DNA of 63,645 nt, filler included, from Octopus bimaculoides (Eukaryota), in NCBI RefSeq assembly GCF_001194135.2. It is 6 parts of 6 records of this genome, joined end to end, with 100 filler letters (N's around TTAATTAATTAA, not from the genome) between each part and the next. Parts side by side here need not be neighbours in the genome. Positions count along the whole stretch, not along the records: positions 38,811 to 62,010 come from NC_068993.1; positions 62,111 to 63,645 come from NW_026414577.1; 4 more parts are not named here. One strand, written 5' to 3'. The notes under the pieces were generated by a model. That model searched no databases. It had not been told where the DNA came from and saw nothing but the letters and a program-made list of their open reading frames with translations. A program made the translations under genes and the position numbers. Shown here one piece after another: positions 52,618 to 63,645 of the stretch (its first letter is position 1; each line of letters opens with the position of its first letter).

Positions 52618-53159
52618 NNNNNNNNNNNNNNNNNNNNNNNNNNNNNNNNNNNNNNNNNNNNNNNNNNNNNNNNNNNNNNNNNNNNNNNNNNNNNNNNNNN
52701 NNNNNNNNNNNNNNNNNNNNNNNNNNNNNNNNNNNNNNNNNNNNNNNNNNNNNNNNNNNNNNNNNNNNNNNNNNNNNNNNNNNNNNNNNNNNNNNNNNNN
52801 NNNNNNNNNNNNNNNNNNNNNNNNNNNNNNNNNNNNNNNNNNNNNNNNNNNNNNNNNNNNNNNNNNNNNNNNNNNNNNNNNNNNNNNNNNNNNNNNNNNN
52901 NNNNNNNNNNNNNNNNNNNNNNNNNNNNNNNNNNNNNNNNNNNNNNNNNNNNNNNNNNNNNNNNNNNNNNNNNNNNNNNNNNNNNNNNNNNNNNNNNNNN
53001 NNTGGCAAAAATAAGATGGAGAAAGACAGAAAGTTGAAACGTATCACTGGCGAGTTAAGAATGAGTCCTTGTGTGCGTTAACCAAAGTTTCTAAAATACG
53101 TGAAATATCATATCATGTTCTTCCTCCTTTAGTTTCTCTTTAACCTCTATATCTCTATC

Positions 53160-53198
<39 letters not shown>

Positions 53199-54079
53199 AG
53201 TAGTGAAGTCGTGATAAATAGAGGGTGACAGAAACAGAGTAAGTGATAGTTTCTATGGTTTGACAACTGAATAGAGCATCTGTTTACATAATCAGGTAAC
53301 TGCAAGTCCCTTCTTATGTGAGCCCTAAAATCAAACTGCCGTTTTGAATAATGCTGGATATCGTAGAAAATGCTACGTAGTATTGAAAATATGGTCTCGG
53401 CTGAAAGGCCTTTTAATGGTAAGCTTGCTCGACTGGATTAGCTTGAGGTTAAACAACAACGACATCGGTAAAATAATATTTAATAAAAAAAAAGACCCCC
53501 AAAAAACTTTATATACAATTATCAACACACAACTTGAATCAAATCTCTGTCTTCAAATATAGATTCGTTTAAATACTGAAATATATTAGTAAAAGCGAAA
53601 ACTAACATGTAATCTTGTCTACTTAAAGCATTCAAACAATTTCACACTACTGGAAGTCCTTTTTTAATAATGTAAGTTTGTGCTGCTCTTATTGTATTAA
53701 GACAACCAACAAGACAAATGAATCAAATATGTTTATTATATTAGATAAAACACAGTCGTCATTACAGATGAATATTTTCTTCTATCAACATTGACCGTCT
53801 ACGGCTACAACTAAAAAGACACCATTAGCTAACTGCCCAGTATCGGCTACACAAAAATATTATCAACAATAAAGCCAGTAACACTGGGAAATAACAATGT
53901 AGCTAATTTCCCCTCAAATCATACCTTACTCAGCCACAGAGGGAGCCTTTACATGGTTTCTCAAAATTAGAGAAATCAGCGCGAACCAACGAACGAGACC
54001 ACCATGTTTTTACTAGACGCCATATTTAGCGTCTAATTCTCTCTCAACCACATACTTCTGACAGTGAGTGTATAATATT

Positions 54080-54117
<38 letters not shown>

Positions 54118-54440
54118 NNNNNNNNNNNNNNNNNNNNNNNNNNNNNNNNNNNNNNNNNNNNNNNNNNNNNNNNNNNNNNNNNNNNNNNNNNNNNNNNNNN
54201 NNNNNNNNNNNNNNNNNNNNNNNNNNNNNNNNNNNNNNNNNNNNNNNNNNNNNNNNNNNNNNNNNNNNNNNNNNNNNNNNNNNNNNNNNNNNNNNNNNNN
54301 NNNNNNNNNNNNNNNNNNNNNNNNNNNNNNNNNNNNNNNNNNNNNNNNNNNNNNNNNNNNNNNNNNNNNNNNNNNNNNNNNNNNNNNNNNNNNNNNNNNN
54401 NNNNNNNNNNNNNNNNNNNNNNNNNNNNNNNNNNNNNNNN

Positions 54441-54489
54441 TGAAAAAATAGCAGTCAAATCAGACTCTGATTTGACTGCTATTTTTTCA
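54441..54489. repeat. Perfect 24-bp inverted repeat with a 1-nt spacer, abutting a gap
   Basis: TGAAAAAATAGCAGTCAAATCAGA c TCTGATTTGACTGCTATTTTTTCA. Confidence 0.95.
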
Positions 54490-56149
54490 GCGTGGTGGTA
54501 TCTCTTGATACCCTGTATTATAATTTATATATATATATTTATTTCTTGCTATCCTCAATCAGATATCATCAACAGATCTTCGTGCTCTCTTTGTTTGATG
54601 AATACTGTAAGCGTACTTCAGTAATTACATTCTTCATTTTTGTTGTTTCTCTCCGTCGAGATCTGCGAACCCACACCAACAACAAAAACACACAAATGAA
54701 ATAACCAGTTTAGTCTTTTCAATTTAGCAACTCCTAATATTCACACATTCTGTGTCCCCTTAAGTATTTTCACGGTACCTAATTATCTTGCTCTGTTCCC
54801 CCTTTTTATGACTACTCTGTGAAGGAGGACAATGGGCGAACCCACCACCTCTCACCGTCACTACAACGACCACAACAACGACAGCAAAGAATAATAACCC
54901 TAGCAGCTCGCAACCCATTTGTCATACAGTTTTTATATTTCCTTTTCACTGTAACAAACCCTTGTCTGGGCAGAGTGGGGGCACTTCACAAGTTGACTAT
55001 GCGTGACTGGTGACAATCGCTAAGATTTATTAATTTTGTTTATTTTGTTATTTCGTTTTATGAAACGTGTGTATAGTTAAGGTGTCTTTCTCCATCCCTC
55101 GTCCAACTTTCTTTTCACAGGTGGCTGCTATCTCGTGAATACATCTCTGATCGATTGTCAGATCAATTCGAGCGATTAGCAGCTATCCTTATATCCGAAA
55201 ACTCTTTACAAACGCCAACTCTATTGGATCTCACCTCAAAAGCATTCCACCACTAGTCAAAAATGTTTAGCATACTTACTTTCTTACTTACATACATGTA
55301 CACTCAATGAAAACCGAACCCTCTGGCTCTAACTGAACTACTTCTTTATTAAAAACCTATCCCACCGTCTAATGTACTTGCTTCACAATGAAGTTTATTT
55401 GTTACCGGCCAACGTGTTCATAACGCTTGATTTGAGCACTCAAAAATTCTCGAGAATTTCATCATAGATATAAAACAAACTATTCTGTGCTATTATGCTT
55501 CTAAATTTCGGGATTTCTTTGGCTCTTGTGTGCTGTTGATGTTATTATTGTATATTCTCTTCGCATTTAACAAAAAAACATTTATCATTCAATGTTGTTT
55601 TGTATTTTTGTACATGGCTGTGTACTTTTGACAGAGAATTTGCGGGGGATATTATTACTAATACTTGTTTCCCCTTTTGTCATGTCACTTACATTATTGC
55701 AATACGATGACGCCAGTCCGGCTTTTTATGTCACCTAGGGAAATAAGAAATTCACATGTCTTTTCCGAACAAGTTTCAAAGCTCGTTCTCTTATATATTA
55801 TAATGCGTTTGTGTATTATTCTTATTAATCAGTAGGAAATTAATGAAAGTGACTCATGGGCTGACAGTTATATATATATATAGATATAGATATATATGTA
55901 TGAACCCCATATTCGGGGTTTGTTAGTTATTTAATCGAGGGTTTTAAAAATCTGCAGTCCGCTTCAGTTTGAATTTCTAATCCCAAAAACTTACCTAAAG
56001 ATGCGTAAGGTTTTTTTTCCCCCCTCATGCGTATAACTTAGTCGAGCTACGTTGAATAAAGACAAGCTCCCGGTCAGCTGAGTTCACCACCCGGTTTCCG
56101 TTTCCAGATTGAAGCAGTGTAACTAAGTTGCTTCCCGTTTTTCATTCCC

Positions 56150-56690
56150 TTGAAAAAATATCAAGTTTCATGCCCCTATAAACTCAGCCCTTGTCAATAG
56201 CTTCAAAACTGACAAGCTCCGACATTCTCCCTACACATTAGATGAAGCTGAAGTATTTTAGGTACGGCGGGGGAAAATAGCTTGAAAATAGTTCGTTCTT
56301 GTTAGGAAAGGAAACGAGAAATCCCCCTCCCATATCTCTTTTTCTCACCACACTTGTAGTTTCATTGTCTATTCCTTTTAGAATTGGGGTATCAACTTGT
56401 TGCAGTGTAGTCCCAAGTAAGCCCTGATCGTGCATTCCACGATCGGAGCACTGAACTGCACTAGCCATCATGCAATGTGAAACTCTGATATATTTGCACT
56501 CTATACGCATTTTTGTTCGATCTATCAATACATATTTCATTTTTGGAAGCTCCTTAGTTAATTCTTACTTAATTTTGCATCGTCTTTTCCTTCCAAGCGG
56601 GTGTCTGGAACCAAATGAGATTTATGGTCGTTGTTTAAAGGCCCAGTGTCTATAAAATCATCGCTGTTGTACTGATATCTTTTGAGTTAC
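56150..56690 (-). mobile_element. Possible highly decayed RTE-type reverse transcriptase fragment
   Basis: Weak motif remnants in the expected order across frameshifts: RP*ISFGSRHP (like NYRxISLxSH), CSDRGMHDQGLL (like FDxVWHxGL) and VRKRDMGG (like GVRQG). Confidence 0.35.
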
Positions 56691-57695
56691 TCCTTCTTCC
56701 TCTTTGTGTATAATAATGTCATTACGACTGAAGCAGATATCTATCCCGTTTATTGATAGATAGATAAATAATAAGATCGATATCGATATATGTAATGGAC
56801 TCTCCTGTCGATTTACACGCATGAGCGTCAGGTTGTTCGATTATCTCGACATTCATTGAATTTGTGTGCCAAGTGGCTGAGTGCTCCACAGATACGTATA
56901 GTCGTACCGTAATTTCTCAGCAAAATCGGCGTGGCACACAATGACAAGACCGGTCCTTCGTATCTACAAATAGAGTCCACCCTACCCGGCTTCTAAACAA
57001 TTTTCGTCCAGCGTTCGAATCGATTCGAGGCTGTGCTACAAGTACTTGACCAAGATGCTACACAGTAGGATCGAAACTGGAATCTCAAGGTCACCAATGA
57101 GAATGCTCCTGTGCATGCGTGTGCGCTTGCATGCGCACTCGTGCGTGTGCGCATGTGTGATGGAAGGGATTTCATTTTTATTCGCCACCCACACCTATTT
57201 ATTTTACATTTTACAATATACCCGGTGCTATTTATTTGTACTTCAAACTCTAATATTATTTAAACAACGATAAACAATGTTAAATAAACAACAATGTAAA
57301 AGCTTGTAGTGTTTGGAATATGTCTTCTCTGACAAAAACCATCCATCGTTTTGTTTACTTGCTAGCTTGTTGCTTTCTGTTGACTAATCGCTGTTAACCT
57401 GAACTGGTAGCTTTCTTACATTTACTACTTACTCACTATTAATCGATCCGAAAACGGAAATTATTTTCACATTTCTCTTTTCACCCAGTCTTCCTTCCTC
57501 CTTTTCCTCTCTCCCTCACCTCACCTCGTTTCTGCTCTGACTTTCACTGCGTCAGCTCTGTCTGTATGTTCTCCTCACTCGTTCAGAAACACAATTTACT
57601 AACAAAACGCCCCCACCATATTTCAGTAAATTATTATTATTATTATTATTATTGGTAATGATAATATTCATTCATACCAATAATATTTATTAAGT

Positions 57696-58372
57696 CAGGC
57701 AGCGAGCTTAGCAGAATCGTTTGCACGCCGGATAAAATATTTAGCAGCATTTCGTCTGTCATTACGTTCTGAGTTCAAATGCCGCCGCCGACTTTACCTT
57801 TTATCCATTCGGGGTCGATAAAATAAGTACCAGTTGAATACTGAGGTCGATGTAATCGACTTGCCACCTCCTCTGAAACTGCTAGCTTTGTGCTAAAAAG
57901 TGAAACTATTATTATTATTATTATGATGTAAGACGGTGAGCTGGCAAAATCGTTGGCACGCCGGACGAAATGCTTAGCGGTATTTCGTCTGCCTTCATGT
58001 TCTAAGTTCAAATTCCGCCGAGGTTGACTAGGCCTTTCATCCTTTCGGGGTCAGTTAATTAAGTACGAGTTGAACACTAGGGTCGATGTAATCGACACAT
58101 CCCCTCCCCCAAAATGGCTGCCCTTGTGGCAAAATTTGAAACCATTATTATTATTATTATGTGAGGCAGTGAGCGAAATGCTTAGCGGCATTTCGTCCAT
58201 CCTTACGTTCTGAGTTCAAATTCTGCCGAGGTCGACTTTACCTTTTATCCTTTTGGGGGTGGCAGGGTCGATAAAATAAGTACCAGTTACGTACTGGGGT
58301 TGATGTAATCGAATAACCCCCTCCCCCCAAATTTCAGGCCTTGTGCCTTTAGTGGAAAGGATCACTATTATT
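57696..58372 (+). mobile_element. Three head-to-tail SINE S2 copies separated by (ATT)n
   Basis: Units start near 57696, 57929 and 58163, with (tat)n between them. Confidence 0.9.
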
Positions 58373-58479
58373 ATACAGTGGTAGCAGTGGTGATGGTTGG
58401 GTTATTGCTACCTTTATTGTAGAGGTTGTTCTCTTACGACAAATTAAGACAGCGTTAATGATTTAGGTTGAAGTTGTTA

Positions 58480-58790
58480 TTTAACCCAAGGCCAATCCTG
58501 ACTGAGCAGACTTATAATCAGTGACCTTCCAGTCATGACTATTTCGTCATTTTTCAAAACTACTCCGTCTCGGTTTAGAGTGTCTGTTTGGTCCTTCATT
58601 AGTTAAGCCGATAGGGCGTGATTTGAGGGAGATTTAAGCTGATATGTCTCACAGATACAACATCCAGTTAGAGGCTTCCTTGGAGTTTCGCTTTCAGTTG
58701 TAATAGAAGTACTTGTTGTATTAGTGGCGTGGAATGAGCATCGATTGACCATACAAGTCCACCACTCATTAGCAACAGACGTGTGACGCA
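58480..58790 (-). repeat. Further dispersed repeat family (motif aaatctccctcaaatcac)
   Basis: Related fragments at about 48660-48860 (+), 53885-53960 (+) and 54441-54464. Confidence 0.5.
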
Positions 58791-58848
58791 TTGCTTTTAT
58801 ATTTCATTATTATGTCGTCTTAAAGTCAAACTTCTAAATATGGGTGCA

Positions 58849-58890
<42 letters not shown>

Positions 58891-59415
58891 TGGGGAATGG
58901 AAAAATGAAGAGAAAAAAAAAAACTTATTGGTCATTTTGATTTGGCCTGGAGCCGAGAGGAAACATCTACTTTGATGGTATTACATGGAAACGCTCCTCA
59001 CTTTCTGCTCCCTGAACTATTTATAGCTTTAACTACATTTTTCTCTCTTNNNNNNNNNNNNNNNNNNNNNNNNNNNNNNNNNNNNNNNNNNNNNNNNNNN
59101 NNNNNNNNNNNNNNNNNNNNNNNNNNNNNNNNNNNNNNNNNNNNNNNNNNNNNNNNNNNNNNNNNNNNNNNNNNNNNNNNNNNNNNNNNNNNNNNNNNNN
59201 NNNNNNNNNNNNNNNNNNNNNNNNNNNNNNNNNNNNNNNNNNNNNNNNNNNNNNNNNNNNNNNNNNNNNNNNNNNNNNNNNNNNNNNNNNNNNNNNNNNN
59301 NNNNNNNNNNNNNNNNNNNNNNNNNNNNNNNNNNNNNNNNNNNNNNNNNNNNNNNNNNNNNNNNNNNNNNNNNNNNNNNNNNNNNNNNNNNNNNNNNNNN
59401 NNNNNNNNNNNNNNN

Positions 59416-59488
<73 letters not shown>

Positions 59489-60920
59489 ATACAAATATGT
59501 ATGTATACACACACACATTAGAATACATGTCAATCGAACGAAAAATCCCTATGTACTGGGTTTGGTTTCCGGTTGAGACGGCTTCACTTCACTGATTCCT
59601 CTAATGCTCTTGAAGAAAAATAAGCATGAACATCACCACAGCTATTTATCCTTTTACTGTGAAGTCAGTAGGGTCAATAACACATGAATTTTTTTTTTCC
59701 TTTATTGCCACCGATTGAGTCAAGCAATTGATCCTGTTTATATCATTTGCATGAAATAAATACTAAATGAAGTGTTTTGGGTGAGTGAGAGTGTGAATGC
59801 AATCTATTACATAGGAGCAGGAGACATTATACAGGGTTTCGTATTATTATTATTATTATGTGAGTGATTGTTTTATTTATTTATTTGTATTATTTAGGTC
59901 CTACAACAAATGTAAGACAAAAACTGTTCCTTTTTTTCTCCTTCTTTCGTCCCGTTTTTCATCTTCCATTGTGTTGAATGGAAATATAAATTTTCAGATT
60001 AAATTATTTACATATTCAAAACTGCTTTCAAACATTTAATATACAAATTCATGACTCCCAGCATTTAAACGAGTGAGTCTGGCGAATGTCTCCCTCGATG
60101 GTCACTCATCTAAATACAAAACATGATTTAATGCAAATTAATAGCAGTGATCTAATGAGTGCCTGCGTTTATAGCCCTTAATACCCCACCACCACCATCT
60201 CCTGTCCATGCATGTACATACTCACTCTCTCACACAGACCTAATTAAATTCAATTGATTTCTAGCATCTATTTCTCATTCAAGTAATTTTAGCCTTTGGG
60301 GAACGGACAAATTTTTGCTCTGAATAAAAGAGGTGGGTGGAGTTGATGGTGGTGGCGGTGGGGCAAATATTTAGTTCCTTTTGTATGCTAGATATAAATT
60401 AGGAGGATTTATAGAGCTAGAATAATAGTTCTAAGATTCATTCACTCTTACGTGTGGAATGTCTTTATAAAAGAATGGTTAGACTCTAGCATTTACAGTT
60501 GATATATAGATATTTATCCTTTGGGGGGAAAGCACTTGTCATTCATTGTCCCCCTCTGCAGATGATGTCGCTTTTCTGCTGCTGTTCAATGCACTCATTT
60601 CTCTCGATATGTAATAACCTGCGTTCATTCATTTATTCAAGATATTCTTTCTTCTCTTCTAAGAGCGAAATATTTGGGCAATGACCAACATGTCTAACGG
60701 AGATGATTTCCCCGTCTTCGTCTCTTTCTTTTTTTCCTTTCCGCCACACATCGTTTCGATTAGACCTGACCCACTTCTCACCGGTTTTGGCTTCCTGGAA
60801 AATTCTTCTGCTGTGCTAAATCCATTCCGTAAAATTGGGTCACGCTGGTGCACCGAGGAATTTGACAACCTAATTTGGCTGCTCGTTTTCTTTATTCTTG
60901 ATAGTTTCTCGTCTCGCCCA

Positions 60921-60951
<31 letters not shown>

Positions 60952-61315
60952 CTTTCTCTCTGTCTTTCAGGCTCTCTCTTTTCTCTCTGTCTTTCGCTCT
61001 CTATTCTCTCTCTCTCTTTTTCTTTCGCTCTCTCCTCTAGGCTTCCCTTTACCATTCTTTTCATCCCTTTCATGAATTTTACCATTTCCTTATCCACTTC
61101 CTTCCTCTTTTCTCTTTGTTTCACTCCTGCCTCTTTCTCTCCCTTCCTCTCTGATATTTTCGTCTTTTACCTTCTCCGTTTTATTGTTTCCATTCCTTGA
61201 CTTGAATCCTTTCTTGTTAAATGGAAACCCCCTACCAGTGTTCAACAGCCCTCTTCCTCCGACCATTCTGCAAGTGTATATGCATGCATGCATGCATGCA
61301 TGTGTGTGAGTGAGT

Positions 61316-61346
<31 letters not shown>

Positions 61347-61503
61347 TGTGTAACAACACTGAACACTAAATTGGGAAATGCTAACAACACTAAATTCACG
61401 AATTGCTGAATATTGATTCTTACAAAACACATACACAGAATCTTGTATAATTTCTCACATGTATGAGTATATACGTTTGTGTGTGCCTATATATATATAT
61501 GTA

Positions 61504-61534
<31 letters not shown>

Positions 61535-61544
61535 NNNNNNNNNN

Positions 61545-61576
<32 letters not shown>

Positions 61577-62010
61577 GCATAGGCAACAAACGTCGTGTCT
61601 AACTATCACTATCAACTTCTATTCTCTTGTATGCTGTTGTTTCCGTATAAAATCTATTTGTTATTTATTGAATTTCTGTCTGCTTTTAAATGCGTGTTTT
61701 ATTTCTGAAGTTCGCATTATATTTCACCCTCCGAATAAATCCACTTACATTTTCTTTGCAACCGCTACCTTCCTACACTTCCGATCTCTTTTGAAAAGAG
61801 CTGAATATTTCGTTGTTCACGTTAAAATGAAACAAGTTTGTTGTTGTTGCTGTTCCAGTAGTAGGGATAGGAATTGTTGTTGTTGTTGTTTTTAGGGATC
61901 TCAGCGTAGCCTACTCATTAAGCAAGCTGTCAGACTCCAGAATATATGAACTCAAGTTCAATCCCTTTATTATTTATTCACTTGTTTTATTTATATATAT
62001 ATATATATAT

Positions 62011-62110
62011 NNNNNNNNNNNNNNNNNNNNNNNNNNNNNNNNNNNNNNNNNNNNTTAATTAATTAANNNNNNNNNNNNNNNNNNNNNNNNNNNNNNNNNN
62101 NNNNNNNNNN
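62011..62110. other. Artificial 100-bp six-frame-stop spacer
   Basis: Identical layout. Confidence 0.97.
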
Positions 62111-63645
62111 ACCCTATCCTGCAGTGCACTGAAGCTGTTTCTTTGGCAAACTTGTAGAAAGCTCTGGGGTTAGATTTTATATTGTCTATAGCCCAGGCTT
62201 CTTTGTCTGCTCTTTCTTTTTCATGGGAAAGTTGCAGATTTTTTTCAATCTCCAGCAGTTGTATTTTCAGGTGGGACTTTTCACTGCTTTCAATTTGTTT
62301 GTTTAGGCGATTTGAAACTTTTGTACGCCGTCTCATAAGAATTTTCCTCTCCCTGGGGATTTTGTTCTTGTGTACAGTGGCCTTTCTCTCCGGGACACAT
62401 TTGTAGCATATGACTTGCATTACAGACATGAATTGCTTAAGTTTCATGTCGATGTCCGGTGAAGAGAGACATTTAGGCCAGTTTTGTTTGAGGATTTCTT
62501 TCTCAATTTGTTTCCAGTTTGCTTTATGGAAGTTCAAATTGGAAAGATTCTGAGAGTTTCTTGCAGGCTGCATGTCCATGGTTTACTTTGGTCCATACAT
62601 GGTCAGCTCTACCACGTTGTGATCCAAGAGTAGCGTTGGTGTCACTTTCACATTATGGATGAGATCCATATTATTTGTGAAGCAGAGATCCAGTATGTTT
62701 CCTGCCCTGGTTGGTTGGAGTACTATTTGTTCCATGTACAAAGTGTTGGTGAGGTTCAGGAGGGACTTCACCTGTCCTTGTTGGTATTGCATTATTCCTG
62801 GGAGAGAAAGGCCCTCAGACATTGAGCAGATTGAAGTCTCCCATGAGAAGTACACTCATGTGTTGTTCTAATGTGACTAGAACTTCTATTTTTGTAAGGC
62901 AGTCTTCAAACTTGCCTACATGATTTGGTGCATCTGGAGGGCGATATGTAGCACATATAACTACACTGAGTTGTCTTATATGTACAATTAGTGTGTCACA
63001 TACTGAATTTGAGTGTGACAAAAGGACCTAGAGTGTGAGGTCTTTGCGGATGTACGTAGCAACTCCACCATGACTCCTTTCTTTCCTGTCGGTCCGTAAT
63101 ACAACATACTGTGGTATGTGTATTTATGCATTTCCTATATCTGGTTTCAGTTGTGTTTCTGTAAGTGCTATGCATAAGGCTTGATTGCAAGCAACAAGGT
63201 CTCTCAAGAAAGAGATTTTTGTTCTGTTACTAAGTGTTAACAGTCCTCTGATGTTCAGTAAGAACACCGATGTGATGTGTGTGTTGTTGCCAGTGGTGCC
63301 CACCTTGGGTCTATTTGCTGTGGTGGTCTTGTGTATTGGGGATAATCCCATCTGTGAGATTGTAGCCAGGTCAGTTGCTGTAACATCTTTTGTACCATGC
63401 ATAAAAAAGATTGTTGTTCAGCAGCTGCCCTTTCAACATGTTGTTGATAGGTCTGGTTTGTAGCATGCACTACATCTGCGTACCTCCGTTTTGGGGTATG
63501 TGGTGCGTAGTCCTTTCCTTTTGGCAGGTGGTTTCTGCCCTGTTTCATGTTTATGTGGCGGGGTCTTTGGTGTGCAAAACGGCAGCCTGCACCTTCCTCT
63601 CCAAGCAGGCACCTTTCAAGTAAAATTTGCATATTCGTGTGTGCA
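62111..63645 (-). mobile_element. CR1/L2-group LINE: ORF1 C-terminus and ORF2 endonuclease plus linker, disabled
   Basis: Motifs FLLNIRGL, IALTETQL, DRKERSHGGVATYIR, CATYRPP, LLMGDFNL, QIVLQPTRAGNILDLCFTN and LNFHKANW. In-frame stops near 63124, 63030 and 62583, and a frameshift near 62800. The RT domain lies beyond the spacer. Confidence 0.9.

Noticed and set aside
7138-59595. Long ORFs in the track that are mostly X (e.g. 7138-8112, 10519-11658, 32768-33562, 41982-43223, 58942-59595)
   Set aside because: They stay open only because N runs contain no stop codons.

Overview
AT-rich, microsatellite-dense animal DNA with many N gaps, most likely from an octopus draft assembly. The organism call is inferred from a molluscan hemocyanin exon with cephalopod-like sequence and from tRNA-derived SINE families of the type reported in octopus. 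Five identical 100-bp spacers (44 N + TTAATTAATTAA + 44 N, stops in all six frames) cut the window into six pieces: 1-24110, 24211-28695, 28796-35830, 35931-38710, 38811-62010 and 62111-63645. Adjacency across these spacers is unproven. The only confident host gene fragment is one hemocyanin exon (38353-38710, +). Everything else recognisable is mobile DNA: at least four SINE families, a Tx1/L1-like LINE (ORF1 and endonuclease fragments), a CR1-group LINE, decayed CR1/RTE/RLE fragments, a mariner, a hAT MITE with a perfect 8-bp TSD, and two fold-back elements. The most interesting signals are: (1) related type I hammerhead-ribozyme-like motifs, one at the centre of a 386-bp fold-back and one in sense orientation in the hemocyanin intron; (2) a U_UUU_UUA slippery site exactly where LINE ORF1 overlaps ORF2 in the -1 frame; (3) a LINE-like 3' end found twice next to (TATC)n, once flanked by it on both sides, whose tail is shared with a SINE subfamily; (4) a SINE that carries an internal microsatellite. 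Almost all long ORFs in the supplied track are artefacts of N runs or simple repeats. All alignments and counts were done by eye, with no database searches.
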